Below, piece by piece: positions 14,125 through 27,041 of a DNA stretch of 64,000 bases. The position numbers and the translations under genes are program-made. Within the stretch, counting starts at the first letter, position 1; each line of letters opens with the position of its first letter. This DNA comes from Xylographa opegraphella. Taxonomy: Eukaryota. A model generated the notes under the pieces. That model worked only from the letters and a program-made list of their open reading frames with translations, was not told the DNA's origin and made no database searches. The DNA lies in assembly GCA_022813865.1 (NCBI GenBank), contig JALDZX010000067.1:1-64000 (forward strand), in the 5' to 3' direction.

Positions 14125-16383
14125 CTATGGCCAGACGTGTGGCGAAGATGAATGCGGCTTCGGCGTTTGCTCATTACTCCCCACAGTCCTTATTGTTCTC
14201 GGCGAGGCCACACTTGCCTGGGGTGATGCTGTTCGCTCAAGGCCCTTCAGCCCAGGGCTGCAGAGTATCTGCCACCTAGCAGATTTCAATACCTGCTCAT
14301 CATTTCTGGAGCGCGGTGGGGTGCCAGCGGACAATTCCACTGGTTCCTGTGTCCCTCGGCGTTCCGATAGACGAGAGCCACAACGAGCGGGTATTGGAGG
14401 TTTGGCGGGTAATTCCTTGTTTTTGCCACTGGCACTTTGAGGACTTTGGAACAGAGCGGGAGCTAGTGGACGAACTGTGGCTGGCAAGCCAGGTCCTTTT
14501 GGACGTGATTTGCGTGTGGGACTTTCTGGGGGTGGTTTCTGCCCGATGCCAGCTGACATAGGTACAGGGGGATACCTGACTTGACTCAGTGGTGTGCGGT
14601 TCGGAGATTCTTGCACTGGTGAAAGACCTAGTACTCGTTGAGGCATTTCATCGATCTCGTCTCCATCTTCTTCGAAGTCAGTATCCGAGCCGGAGGTGTA
14701 GTGTGTGAGTGGTCTCCTGCCACCACTTTTTGACCGATATGGAGTAGATTTAAGTAGCTGAGACTGGACGCTGCTGTGTGAATCTCTGTTGCGGTATAAC
14801 GGATGACCAGAATAGTTGCTCGAACTTTTAACTTTGGCAATTGGTCTTAGCTGGGAGGAAGGATGAATCGCCAATGTATGAGGAGTAGCAAATTTCATAA
14901 TATCCCGTTGTGGTGGCCGAAGATACGAGGGTGATGGCTTTGGATTCCAGGCAGAGTTGGGAGTGATGATACGGGGCAATTCTGCTCTTGATGTACGCTT
15001 ATGCTCCATAGCATACATCATTGCTCGCGGGTCGCCGTCACCGTCCAAGAATGGATCGATTGCTCGAGGCTTAGTTGATTTCGGGTATGCTTGCATGGCT
15101 GCTTGACTGGTATCCATTTGTTGCACTCCTTGCTTAGCGGATTTCATTGGAGGTACGGGTGGCATCAACTTTAGATCCTGAGCTTCGCAAATGCTATTGA
15201 CTGGCCTCTGGGGCCGCAATTGCGGCTGAAGAGGACTTGGGAAGAGATGGTAGTTCGGTTTCTCTGGGAGTAGCTGAGACGTTGTTCTGTAACTTGCTGC
15301 ACTTACAGGCGAGATATCTTGACTGAAATTATCAGACGCGATGGCAAGACCAATTATTTCTGGTCCAAAATTTGTCCTCATGTTACTTGGTTTTGATTCG
15401 TTGGACCTCATAGGTACCCTGAGTAGATGGCCAGAAGTGTCCAGTGAAGACCTTTCGCCAGATATGGCTCTTTCTTGATCTACTGGTATTGCAACGACAT
15501 CACTTGGCAATTCAGTGGGATTTCCAATGATATGATCACCTCCAAAAGAAGAACCACTGTATCGCTTATTGCTCTGCTTCTTTCGTATGCAGAACAAAAA
15601 GAACAACACACCAATTATAATTGATAAGGCTGCCGCTCCAGCAATGGCGATACCTGCCACTTTCGCGTTGCTAAGGACAGGAAGAGTCGCAGGGGAAACG
15701 GCGGAACTTGCTGGTGCTGCGCTGAACACTGGAGTCGATGTTTTTATTAATGTTGTCATTGAGGAAGCCGTAATCGAAGGCGGCATAGAACCTGTAAATG
15801 AGATTGGTGAAGTAGGAGCTATAGATGGAACTCCGCTTGCTGTCAGGAGACCAGTTGGTGAAGAAGAAGACATACTGGCTCTGGGGCTTGAAGCCAACGA
15901 AGAAGGAGAATTTGAAGACGAGGAAGCAGAACTGGCAGTTGTAGACGCCGCTACGATGCTACCTCCCGAGGCAGTACTGATCGAATGCCCAAATGTCACG
16001 GCTGTAGGATCGGCAAGTGTCGCAGTAAGTGTTCCATGGGTCATGGGGACTGCATTTGGTACGCCCCCACACACCTCGTACGCCGCAACGAAATCCGACG
16101 TTTGAGGATTCGTGCACGCGGCAGCGATGCACTGTAGAGCTCCTTCGCCAAGTGTGAGTCCCGAGGCACCACTGTTGGTACATAAGCAACCAATATCTTG
16201 CTGGTCAGGGCAGATATAAGGTGGAAACGACGTTGCGATGAAGTTCTCAAGGCAGGATTGAGCGCAGGTCGGAGTGACACTGGAGAGATATGAAGAGAGG
16301 TAGACGGATGATTGTGGGCCAGCCAACGCAGGAACAATGTTGTTAAAAGGTAAAAGTAGGAATAAGGAAAAAGCCAGCGACAT
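14125..16383 (-). CDS. CFEM-domain single-pass membrane protein
   Basis: Signal peptide; 8-Cys CFEM-like pattern (PTCAQSCL...C...CLCT...C...C...C); Ser/Thr stalk; TM helix VAGIAIAGAAALSIIIGVLFFLFCI followed by RKK; long cytoplasmic tail; intronless 752 aa. Confidence 0.85.
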   Translation of the reverse strand: MSLAFSLFLLLPFNNIVPALAGPQSSVYLSSYLSSVTPTCAQSCLENFIATSFPPYICPDQQDIGCLCTNSGASGLTLGEGALQCIAAACTNPQTSDFVAAYEVCGGVPNAVPMTHGTLTATLADPTAVTFGHSISTASGGSIVAASTTASSASSSSNSPSSLASSPRASMSSSSPTGLLTASGVPSIAPTSPISFTGSMPPSITASSMTTLIKTSTPVFSAAPASSAVSPATLPVLSNAKVAGIAIAGAAALSIIIGVLFFLFCIRKKQSNKRYSGSSFGGDHIIGNPTELPSDVVAIPVDQERAISGERSSLDTSGHLLRVPMRSNESKPSNMRTNFGPEIIGLAIASDNFSQDISPVSAASYRTTSQLLPEKPNYHLFPSPLQPQLRPQRPVNSICEAQDLKLMPPVPPMKSAKQGVQQMDTSQAAMQAYPKSTKPRAIDPFLDGDGDPRAMMYAMEHKRTSRAELPRIITPNSAWNPKPSPSYLRPPQRDIMKFATPHTLAIHPSSQLRPIAKVKSSSNYSGHPLYRNRDSHSSVQSQLLKSTPYRSKSGGRRPLTHYTSGSDTDFEEDGDEIDEMPQRVLGLSPVQESPNRTPLSQVRYPPVPMSAGIGQKPPPESPTRKSRPKGPGLPATVRPLAPALFQSPQSASGKNKELPAKPPIPARCGSRLSERRGTQEPVELSAGTPPRSRNDEQVLKSARWQILCSPGLKGLERTASPQASVASPRTIRTVGSNEQTPKPHSSSPHVWP

Positions 16384-18766
16384 CCTGCGGAAGAACTGAA
16401 ATCATCGTTAGCTGATGCCGGCGAAGATAGAGAGTGCCGAGTATGCTTAAGTCGTAGCCATGAAGTCGAGGCTGTGTTAGGAATACAAGACAGGAGAAAC
16501 GGGCGTAGTGGAGGGGGCGGTGAGTCGGTACTCATGGGGTCGCATCATACTGACCTGGAAAGACTGCTATGCCTCATGCTGCACATCAGACCCACATTGC
16601 CGCACGTAATGGTGATACAGACATAGAAGGGAAAGCAGTAGAAAAGGAAATGCTTCGAGTACAGCCGTTTATTGCATTGCGGACAAAGGAAAAGGAGGAG
16701 AAACGCGAAACAACTCGTGCAAAGCGCGACAGAAGTTCTTTTGATGCCATCCATCTCAGGCTCGATGAGGCGCTCCGTGGCCGACTATGACCGCATATCC
16801 ACACTGTGTAGCCATTCATAGCGCACTGTACAGACGCCGACATACGGCCCATGCATCGCAATTGCCTGGTCGGCGACAGCGCGGGGACTTTCATTCGATG
16901 TTGGCGGTGCAGCACAATGTGTAAGCGCCGTCCGTGGAGGGAGGATTTGTTTCTGGATTTAGCCCCACACGCTAGTCTGATAAGGTGCTTTACTAAGTCC
17001 TAACGGCAGGGACCGCGACTAGGTGCGAGTAGTGAGTTAGGCTCTGTGCGAAATACCCGTGTTGGGAAAACAAGCACTCTGAACCTCTCGATTTCCCCGT
17101 TTTTACTCCGTACAGCCTCGCGCACAGGGTCTCAGCACAAATCACCTAGTGAAGCAGAAGCATACTGCAGACGCATCTGCGTGTTCGCATACCAGCACTG
17201 GGGAATGGAAATCGAGCCTATCAAATGTTTGATGCAGTGCTCGGTGATGCTCCCACACACCGGCGAATCCGGTAAAGCGCGCCCTACCCGTCGGGCTGAG
17301 CTGCTACTATTTTGGAGGATCTTTGCTATTTACGTAGATGTGCAAGTCATTTCTGGACGAGAAGAGCTCCGAGCAAGATGAGGCACGGCAAGCAGTCATG
17401 TAGCTTGTCAGATGAGTTGTAAAAACAAGGTGCAGATGCCTTTGAATACGAAAAGCCAGGTAGTAATTTGGTGGACCGGTCGAGCCTCACCAATAGAGAC
17501 GGGTTGATCACATTTGCCTCGAACTCGAACGTTGCGGTCGACTTGACCATCCGTGTGTAACAATAGATTATTTCAATCTTATTTGGATTGATGATGCCTA
17601 AAGTAAAGGAGATAAAAGCACTCGCAACCCGTTATTACAAGATGGCGGCCCGTAGGACGAAAGGCCCCTCAACCAGACCGACCCTATCTTCATCTGCTTG
17701 TCCGTTCGGTGCTTGAGAATCGAACAAATGAGCATACGTCGATAACATCCATGATGCTCGTGCCAAGCTATCGCCAGTCGCGCGTAAATCAGGGTATCGA
17801 AGATGTGGAGTGAGGTCGGACTCCAGCAGCGGGAAACATCGCGGATGAGGAGGGGCGGCATCGCTGGTTAGTACTTCAGGATGATGTACCTACGACGTGT
17901 CAACCACCTTACAATACTTGCGCTGGGGTTCCGGCTTCTCCGCCAACTGATTTGGAAGGATTTCGTCATGAGTAAACTTACAAGGCATGAATGATTCCCG
18001 GAATGTAGCCCAGTATCGTGAGCAATACATTGATGAGGAAGTCCGCATTGCAGCCACGTTCGAGGAACACACCCAGAGGCGGAAGGATGATGGCGATTCT
18101 AACAAACGGTCGAGTTAGGTATGCATTCGCAGAGAAAGGACCGAGAGAGGGTAACAGCGCGCGAAACCTACATGATCTTGCAGATATCCGAAGCGGTGAA
18201 AGGCATGGTGAAAGAATTCTGTGAAAGATACGACTTTGGCCGAGAGATAGAGGGTAAGGGGAGCTTGTAGCTGTCGAGTCGAATAATCACAGTGATGGGT
18301 TTTTCCTACCAAGTGTGTTTGGGGAGCACGACGAATTTAAGAATAAGAAATGACTTTGGGACAAGGATTTACATACATACGTCACACGTCACACTTCACA
18401 CTTTGTTGTTACCGGAGCCAGCCCGCGCCAAGTTGGCATGATCCTGCCACTTCCGCTTAACCAAGTCGCGTTTCATGCCACAGTACGGGGTATTATCGCA
18501 TCACCAGACATTCACACAACCACTACCTTACCCTTGCAAGCTCGATGATACGTACCTAAGGTACCTATGGTAATAATAATGAATGATAATACCTGCATGA
18601 GGTGATTGCCGTTGCTAGCTCAGATCATGATAGCATTGTATTCGTCAATATTTCTCTATTCTTAGACAGAGTTGTGGCGGTGCACTGTGGCTGCACCCAC
18701 AGCGCTTTCAAGGTTTTGCTGTTGACGATCTTCCTCATAAACGCCACATCATACGGAGCACATCCA

Positions 18767-20474
18767 TCATAGCTGGCCATCTACTTTTTCCTTGCCTTTG
18801 TCCGGATCTAGATAGCTCTCGGTCTCTGCCTCCTCGTACTCCTCGATCAAGTCCATTACCACAGCCCGAGCCTCGTCAAATTCGCCTAAGCCGTCTGTGA
18901 ATGCCGGCTCTTTCTTGTAGCCCTCGAGAAATACGTTTCGCTTCCGCATCTTGTCATATTGAACGACGATCCGCTTGAACAACGTTGCTACAGAGGTATG
19001 GTTGGCAAGCATCAAGCCCGAGACGCGGTGAGTATTTGGAAGATAGGGAGATTTCTTGGTCAGTGCCACTTGTATCGAGGCTGGCCCCCAGGGTATGAAT
19101 GTTGCGAGACTACGCTCTCGGATGCGAAGTAAGGATTTATGTACCTTTGATTCATTAGATCGGAAAAAATATTCGGCAACAGAAAGAATGACTCGGCACT
19201 TACTTCTGTTGGGTCAGCCTCACCCTGAATGATGTTGAGGATACTGATATAACAGCTTGTCTTGCTTGGGTTCGTGGAGACCATTCTGTTCTTTGGCTGT
19301 AATAACCTTCGCATCACGTCAAGCACCGTAGTCTTGCGGATTGTTTTGGCTTGCTCCACACTGTCTCCAGTGAAAGGTGTGTAAGAGGTCATGAGAAAAT
19401 GACACCGAGGCGTTGGTATCAAAGATGCCACTATGCCCACGAGGTCGTTGTGCATATAGCCCGGGTATCTAAGGGTCGTTGTACTGGCCGACATGACTGT
19501 TGAGACCTATTACTACTTAGTTGACTAAGTTATGGGAAAATGATGAACGGCCTGCCGATCGACTCACTAGTTGATTTGTTTGCTGAAAGGACGCTTCCTG
19601 TACATGCAATCTGTCTGCTGCTATTCTTGACAAAGCGCCGTTGTCCAGTACCACCACAGAGTCCGCATTTTGCGTCAGGCGTCGCATAGCTAGCAAGCTA
19701 TTGTATGGATTCACAACAACAGCCTCTACCCCTTGCGTGTCTGGGAATACCGAATATGTTTGAATAAGCTTCTTGGGGTAGCGGTCGTTCATCCGTTCGA
19801 GCAAGTAGCTCCCAAGGCCGGATCCAGTCCCACCAGCTATTGAGTGAAGCAGCATGAAGCCTTCCAGCGAATCACTGCCATCAACCTCCCTATCGATCAT
19901 ATCGAACACCTCCTCTTGCACCGTATCCCCTGCAGAATACCCTGCTGCCCAGTTATTTGCTGCACCACTACCTTGCGAACCGACAAAAAAATTCTCTGGG
20001 TTGTAGATGTTCCTGTAAGGTCCATTCTGTATGCCTTGAAGAACCTTTTGAGTTTCTCAGTATCTGTGTGTTTGATCAAGCAAGGGAACAACCATACCCT
20101 TGGTTCCAGGTCAATCAATATAGCCCGTGGGATGTATCGTGTGTCATCGCTCTATCTTAGAGTTTAGTCTACAAGGGCTATACGTTGAGAAGATAGTCCT
20201 TACTTGATAAAAGAAAACATCCTTCCTGTCTCCACCTTCAGTCGCAAAGTCCTCAAGGTTTCCGTCCTGGCCAATGCCATGCTCTTGACATAACTGCTGC
20301 CAGAATTGGCTGCCGACTGATCGATGTCAGCTTTATGGCGATATCGGTGGGGATGAATACAAGGATAACATACTGCTATTGCCGCACTGGCCGGCCTGAA
20401 TTGTTATGATTTCTCTGTTTATCGTGTCAGCTATGAAGGCTATGCAGAAACACACGTATAGGTTACCTAGGCAT
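18767..20474 (-). CDS. TUB4: Gamma-tubulin
   Basis: [41 protein letters not shown] and GLMLANHTS motifs; multiple GT-AG introns. Confidence 0.98.
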
Positions 20475-20780
20475 TCTTGAGTCATGCTGGTTCATAGAGA
20501 GACCGTTTTCATCGACCGAGCTGAACGCATCTTACGCGCCAAAGCTCAATTTACGCGCTTCTTATCGATTAGGGTTGATCTAAAGACCGGCAACAACTAG
20601 CATGGCATAACTTACATACTCTCGGGACACTCTCAACTCTGATAGAGATTTTTTATGGCATTCGCTGAAAGTATCACTATAGTATGTATGTACTAGATCG
20701 CATGCTACCATCAAAGCCAAGTAAACCTCTGTCTCAACCTTACAATCTACAATCCGCATCCAAGGCTACCTGCTCACAAT

Positions 20781-21783
20781 CTATGTCCTTCCTCGAGACA
20801 CTAAGTTCCGCAAAGATAGATCATAGACAACATCTTCCACCTTTTTCACCTGTGTATATGCCGCTCTGTTAGCGCATCCTCGCCTTTAAGTAAGGCCCTA
20901 TTGAATCGCTTACACTGTACTTGATGCTATCGCTCCTCCTCCGTAGTGCATCGTTCTTCAGATTGAGAATTTGAAATCCAGCGTGAACATCCTTGATGAA
21001 TTGACTTATTTGAAGTGGTCTCTCATAGTCTCCCAGCGTGACCGAGTTCACGGCAAGACGAGCCTACATGCAAGATTAGGCACTCAAGCCAAGAAAACCT
21101 GGGTCAACGTACCAATTCATCGATCAGAGTGATGAGCGACTGTAAATACTCCTCGATAGTAAGGTGAAATGCGTCCCGATCCTTAAGATTCACCGGCACA
21201 GAAAGAATTTGCCCGACCTCCTCGATTGTCAAGAGTTTCCCAACTTGGCATTGGTCCACTTCATTTGCCATGCCGCCAAGCCAGCCACAGAGAAGTATAC
21301 AGAAGCACTGGTGACCGGATCAGCGATGAAATCGAGAGTTACAAAGTATGCAGTTACTGTATTCTGTACATCTCTCGTCCATATTCCGTTATACTTGTAG
21401 TATGGATACTTCGATGCCACATGTCCGAGGCGAGCTATTGTCCCAATTTGCTGACGTATCGACTTCTCAGCATCGGAGATAGTACTTCCGACTAGAGAAA
21501 TATTTAAAAAATGTTAATACGGCTTTTCGTAAGCTTGTGTAAAGATATCATACGGTGTGCTGTAGGAGTTGAGTGTGCCCGCGAGAGAGTGAATTGAGTG
21601 GCTCGTCCTGCGAAGTTGTCAGCCAAAAATTGTTTTTACTGAAGGCATATAGTAACCCTGCTTCTCAAGCACTTGTAGGATGTTCTTCAACTCTTCTCTG
21701 ACTTGAGAGTCCTCGTCAATTTTAGTCTGCAGATCTTCAAAGATGGCAGGATTCACCATTCCGAACGAGGTAGAGTCTGCCAT
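20781..21783 (-). CDS. TSN: Translin (C3PO subunit)
   Basis: FEDLQTKIDED, FHLTIEEYLQSL, NSVTLGDYERPL, GFQILNLKNDALRRRSDSIKY and VEDVVYDLSLRNL segments; multi-exon. Confidence 0.93.
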
Positions 21784-22673
21784 GTCTTAACCCGCTATTC
21801 GTAGTTGAAGAGACGAAGTCGAATCGTGCCACGTGCTAATAACTTCTCGATGGTACCGATTTCAGTCTACTCCATTTTGATCATCAAAATGTATTTTAAC
21901 TACTTCGGGAGGCCTCTGTTTCGTCTTACAAGTACTACCGTCGATACCAAATACAAGTCCTTTCTTCAAAGACCTGGACAAGCCAGTTCAATGATGAAAA
22001 GAATTCTCGAAGCAAACAGCGGCAGTGTGGTCTTCCAGAGATTAAATTGAAAAGACACGTTAGCAGGAATTAGCAGTCAACAGAATTCACAGATACTACA
22101 CTTGATCCAAGTCAAAAGATAAGGAGAGCCAAATGGGAAATAAGTAGTGTCCGCGGGGCAAGATTGCGAGTGATAATATGGAAGATGCTCATGGCAGGGT
22201 GAAACATTGTGCCCTCTTGGCCCCTCGACTTTGTGCTCTTTCCTTGACTGAATACTAAGCAATTCGACTCTGTATCGACATCCACAATTGGTCTTGAAAG
22301 TGTTGGCGAGATTTCAAATTTTGGAAGGCACCACATACAATAGTGACCAGTTAATATCAATATATTTTACAGAAAAGGGTGGCTTCCCAGACAGCCGCAA
22401 TGCTTCTGAGCGAATTAGTCTAGATAGAGTACACTACAGTCCTCAACACGACATTCGTTCAGCTTTGCCCGAGCGATATCTTCGTACTCTGATACGTTTA
22501 TATATCTATTGCATGTGTGATGGTATCAATAATGTGTACAAGAGATTACACAACATAAGGAAAAAGACCTTTACTCTAAGTCGTAGCTCATAGGACACAC
22601 TCCGTGGCCGCTCCAAGAACGGACCACAGCAGAAGTCTTTCGTCATTGAACTGACACCACCTTGGGGCGTAGC

Positions 22674-24698
22674 TTACCTCCTGAGAGGACTTGCACAAAT
22701 ACTACCCTCTTCTGATGGCCCAAACCCGCTGTCCACTGAGCTATGTGGCTCAACCGGGTCTGCACTTATGTCCCAGTCCTCGTCTTCATCCTCTTCCTCG
22801 CAGTCTCCGTCGAGCTGGGTGATTTCCGACAAATCGGCCGCAACGCCATCATCCTCAGTATTTAAAGCTGACTCTGACCGTGGTGGCGTGTCTGTCTTCC
22901 CACCAAATCCTTTCTGTACTGCTCCCCTTGTATTCCATCGAAGTGCTCTCCTAACACTCTCAAACCACTCCCCACCGGTTCCTCCTTCACCAACAACGGT
23001 GGGAAAAGGATATTTTCCGGCTTCGACCTGCACGCAGTCGCCCCTTCGAAGCTCCACACGGCTTTTGCCATCAAAGCTTGCATACGCGGTACTGCGGCTA
23101 TTGTTCGGTACACAAACCTTGAGCAAGAGGCTGTCACTTAACACCATCGGCCTGAATGAAAGGGTGTGGGGACAAATAGGCGTCAGAAGGATGGCAGGAA
23201 TGCTGGGGTGGGTGAGAGGTCCACCAGCTGATAAGGAGTACGCTGTTGATCCAGTCGGGGTCGAGAAGATGCAGCCGTCAGCTTGAACGACGGTGAGAAG
23301 TTCATCATCCCCGTAAAGCTCGAGATTGGAAACGAATGGAGATGGCCCTCGGTCGATGACGAGCTCATTAAGGACTTCAAATTGTTCTCCTTCTACCATA
23401 TCTGCTGTATTTGGTGGGTGGCTCCTACCACCTTTGGCTCGGCTCAAATTGCTCCGAAAAACGGTACATGTGAAGCGCATACGTAGGTTGACCCTCATTC
23501 CGGCATCGCCCATGATCCGGTCAAGGGAAGACTTGTATGATGCATACTCAAAATTGGTGAGAAATCCTAGAGACCCAAGAGAGAAGGCGAGCACAGGTGG
23601 GACAATTCGTTGAAACAGGCAGCAGGAAGTATAGAGCACTGTGCCATCTCCACCCAAAGTAAGCACTAGATCGAACATCTCAGGCGACGTCCAGCACAGA
23701 TCAGGTGTCCAGTAGCGGAGCATATGCTCGTAACGCGGATTGGAGGCCACCAAGCCTGCCGCATCAAATCTCTTAGATGTTCGCAGCTTGGCATCCACAT
23801 ACACTGTGACTCCTAGATCCGAGTTATAGCGGGGGGTGCTGAGCAGCCATTTAGCGAGTTCTCGAGTAAGCGGTACGAGGCTATTGTCCCGCGCCTTTGT
23901 CACGATCATGATAGTCCGTACTGCGCGTTTAATCGGACGCCTTTGAAGCTGTTTCGATATTTCTCGCACGCTGGTAGCTGTTTGCATTAAACGTGAATGT
24001 GACATACCATCATCCTCGGCAGCAATCTCTTCTAAAACTCTATCTATGTTTATAGCATCGTCAAAGCGTTGGTGGAAGAAGCACGGGGATTGTTGGGACG
24101 CAAATATTGCTCCAGATGGTGTTCTAGCTAGGCTCAGGTCCTCCAGTGTAGTGGTTAAATACTGCTGTGACATCGACGGGTTCGGAAGGGTTTTCTCCCT
24201 CGCAACGGCCAACAGCTCGGAAAGCGAGGGCACCGGGACGGTAAGATTGCCACCTTGTGACCGTCTCGCAGAAAGAACCCTGGAGAGGCTCTGCTGAGGT
24301 GTGGCGTCATGGGAAGCGTTGATAGCCCTTTGGCTAAGAAAGGATTTTGGTATTTGTAAGGGCCAGGCAGAAGCCGTTGTGTGTGATTGTGGTTGAATCA
24401 GAGGAGAATCATCCACCTCAGTAGATGCCGCAGAGAATGCTACTTGGCAATCTTCATTCTCGGCGACCAGTGGTTCTGTATTTGTGTTCAATGGGTCTAG
24501 GGAGACAACCTTGGGCCGGTGTATTTGTTCGTGCGCCATTCTCGCTACTGTTGTATCAAAGGTTCGCCTGCTGGAGAGACGCTCCGTAAGCCCCATAGAA
24601 CTATCTTTCAAGCTTCGGTATTGTGCTACTTGCTCAGCGACATTATCATTGATGTCCGTCGTAGTTGAATTGCTCGATGAGGGTTGCGTGAACGCCAT
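22674..24698 (-). CDS. ATP-NAD kinase (Utr1/Yef1-like family)
   Basis: LGGDGT, GSLGFL, LNE, DG...TPTGSTAYSLSAGG and TPICPHTLSFRP motifs; first ATG (MAFTQ) at 24698; intronless. Confidence 0.95.
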   Translation of the reverse strand: MAFTQPSSSNSTTTDINDNVAEQVAQYRSLKDSSMGLTERLSSRRTFDTTVARMAHEQIHRPKVVSLDPLNTNTEPLVAENEDCQVAFSAASTEVDDSPLIQPQSHTTASAWPLQIPKSFLSQRAINASHDATPQQSLSRVLSARRSQGGNLTVPVPSLSELLAVAREKTLPNPSMSQQYLTTTLEDLSLARTPSGAIFASQQSPCFFHQRFDDAINIDRVLEEIAAEDDGMSHSRLMQTATSVREISKQLQRRPIKRAVRTIMIVTKARDNSLVPLTRELAKWLLSTPRYNSDLGVTVYVDAKLRTSKRFDAAGLVASNPRYEHMLRYWTPDLCWTSPEMFDLVLTLGGDGTVLYTSCCLFQRIVPPVLAFSLGSLGFLTNFEYASYKSSLDRIMGDAGMRVNLRMRFTCTVFRSNLSRAKGGRSHPPNTADMVEGEQFEVLNELVIDRGPSPFVSNLELYGDDELLTVVQADGCIFSTPTGSTAYSLSAGGPLTHPSIPAILLTPICPHTLSFRPMVLSDSLLLKVCVPNNSRSTAYASFDGKSRVELRRGDCVQVEAGKYPFPTVVGEGGTGGEWFESVRRALRWNTRGAVQKGFGGKTDTPPRSESALNTEDDGVAADLSEITQLDGDCEEEDEDEDWDISADPVEPHSSVDSGFGPSEEGSICASPLRR

Positions 24699-25979
24699 TC
24701 CCGGAGTTTGCTTCGTAATGGAGATGAGTATTGGCTGAGTACTATTAATACAGGCAATGTGAATCTGCTCCAGAGGTAGGGGTAAGCTGTGACGATCGAT
24801 CACTATTCCAATGATGATGATAGTGAGCTGCTCCGTGACCAGCCGGAAACCTGTGGTTAGAATATCTTAGGTATTAAAGGCGCCATGCATAAGGCCATAT
24901 CGTAATTGGTGATAAAGAATTCATAGACATGTCGAGCCAAAGAGCGGCGCCTCGCTGGAGGAGGAGCTCTATATCTAAATGACCCGTGGGTTGGTCCTGG
25001 GAGCCACTGGGTGTTCTGACTAATGGGATTATGCACGGTCGAGCACACCTAGTCCGTCAAATAAGGTCCAAGGATAATGCTAAAGGCGAGACGATGTGGG
25101 ATGCAACGTGATGAAGGAGCACCAATGAATGACTGGCAGTAGCCCGGAGGAAGCGTGGATTCGGAAATCAGATTGAGCTCAGCGAAAGCGAGCTGTTGCG
25201 TGGAGGACCGCCGGATGATTCTTCGGACGGAATTAAGGATTGGAGGTCGAAGGATTGATGACGAGGCTGCAGCGCAATGCATGTATCGGTGCAAGATGCT
25301 CGTGCATTGGAAGAGATTCTAGGACCACCGGTATGAAATTTGATGCTACTGGTTAAAGGCATCCAAGTCTCAGACCTTGAAATTCTTCTCCAGAGAATCA
25401 TGGGCATCTTCGACACAAGGGCAGTGGAGAAAGGCGGGCGCATGGTGGACGCTCTCCGCGCCAAGACGGTTATGCACTAGGGATACCATGCCGCATGAAC
25501 CGTACCGGTCCAACGTGAAACCGACAGAGCACGTTTGGGACCCGACAGCTTCTCTGGCGGCAGCCTCCCGCTATAGGGTCAAGCAGGGAGCTTCACAATC
25601 ATGGTTGCAGGAATGTTTCGGATCGCAGCGTTTTTGTATCATGTCACGATAGGCTCAGACCAGAATCGTCTTGAAGGTGAATGGCTCTGAACCCGACATC
25701 CTCGGACTATGGATTGTAGAATTTCCTTGGTTACAACATCCACCGAACTGCCGCATCGCCTTCACATGAAGTCTACCCTACAGGAGATTCCAGCCATTAT
25801 GGACAGCCCCTCACTCTGGAGTACTGTGAAGGACTAATGGCCGAAAGTCTTCCACAACGCGAGCGCTTTTGGGTCTGGTGAATATTGGTCTCTGAACTTC
25901 TCGTCTTAGGAGTCTCTATCATGAAGGACCTCGGCGAACTTTAAGGCACACGGCCCAAGCGGTAGGATGGGCTGATTCG

Positions 25980-26837
25980 TCACCGGAGTGCTTCATTCCA
26001 CTGCTGACTGACGGCAACTTGCTCTCTAACGAGAGCCCTCACAAAACCCTCCACTGCTACTTCACTACCTGATTTCATACTTACATCATCTTCACCATGA
26101 ATGCTGCCTGGGGAGTCGCGGCATTGGCGACTACCTTCCTCTGTAACCCTTTCCCAAGTGTCCATGTCGAACAAGCCCTCACTCTCGGCAACCAGGAGTC
26201 TTCCCTGCGAGGAGAAAGCCAACGCATGCAGTGATGCAGCTACGGCTATTTCCAAGGGTGACGGATTGTGATTGAGATTCCCATGGGAGTCAACGGCCAC
26301 CAATGTTGAAGTGACAAGCAAAGTTAAGGGAATCGAGGCCGAGATCAGCGCCAGTACTGATGCTTGAAGCAAGGGTGGGAGAATCTGCAGGTTCTGCAAA
26401 CCACTGTTAACAGAAACACCAGTCAACGACCTCAAAAGTCCATACCGAAGATGCCTGAGTTAGCTTTTCGGACTTTGAGTCCCCCTCTGGAGTTCCAGTA
26501 ACTTGCAAGGTTACTTGTATCAGTTTGCGTGGATATGACACGACCAGTATGATATGACGGAGCGTTCTTTGTATAATGCCTTCTAAGTGGCGCTCTCGAA
26601 CACCTTTGAATCCTCAGCGCGGACTGAGAAGGACAGGTGGTAGAATATTGTATAGCTACCTCCAATGCCTGCAGCTGGTCGCACTATCACGTCAACAGCT
26701 GCTTCTTCTGGCAGCTCATCGCGCCGCTGAACGTCTACTGGGCCGTTAACAGCAGCAAGAACAGAGTATCCATTCCAAGAATAACTTGCAGATCCATCAG
26801 CACGTTGCAGAGGTGACAGTGTCCCCTCAGAAACCAT
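25980..26837 (-). CDS. RRP46: Exosome complex RNase PH-like subunit Rrp46
   Basis: LQRADGSASY, AVNGPVDVQRRDE, RERHLEGII, IQVTLQV and LLVAESEG motifs; two introns. Confidence 0.9.
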
Positions 26838-27041
26838 TTGAGACGAGTCTTATCAGTTATCACCTAGTACCTTACTATTATCCCGAGCAATATTGTAGAA
26901 GTTTATCCATACATTCTTGGACCCCTACTAGCGCGCGTTTCGCTAGCGGCAGAAACCTTAATACCATCGGAGACCAATCGAGGGGACGGGTGGGGGGCGG
27001 CATGGGGCGAGAATCATGAACAATTGACAGCACAAGTAGCA

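Noticed and set aside
15569..16105. Long antisense ORFs (also 22768-23286, 59014-59625 and others)
   Set aside because: Shadow frames of real genes caused by codon bias or low complexity.
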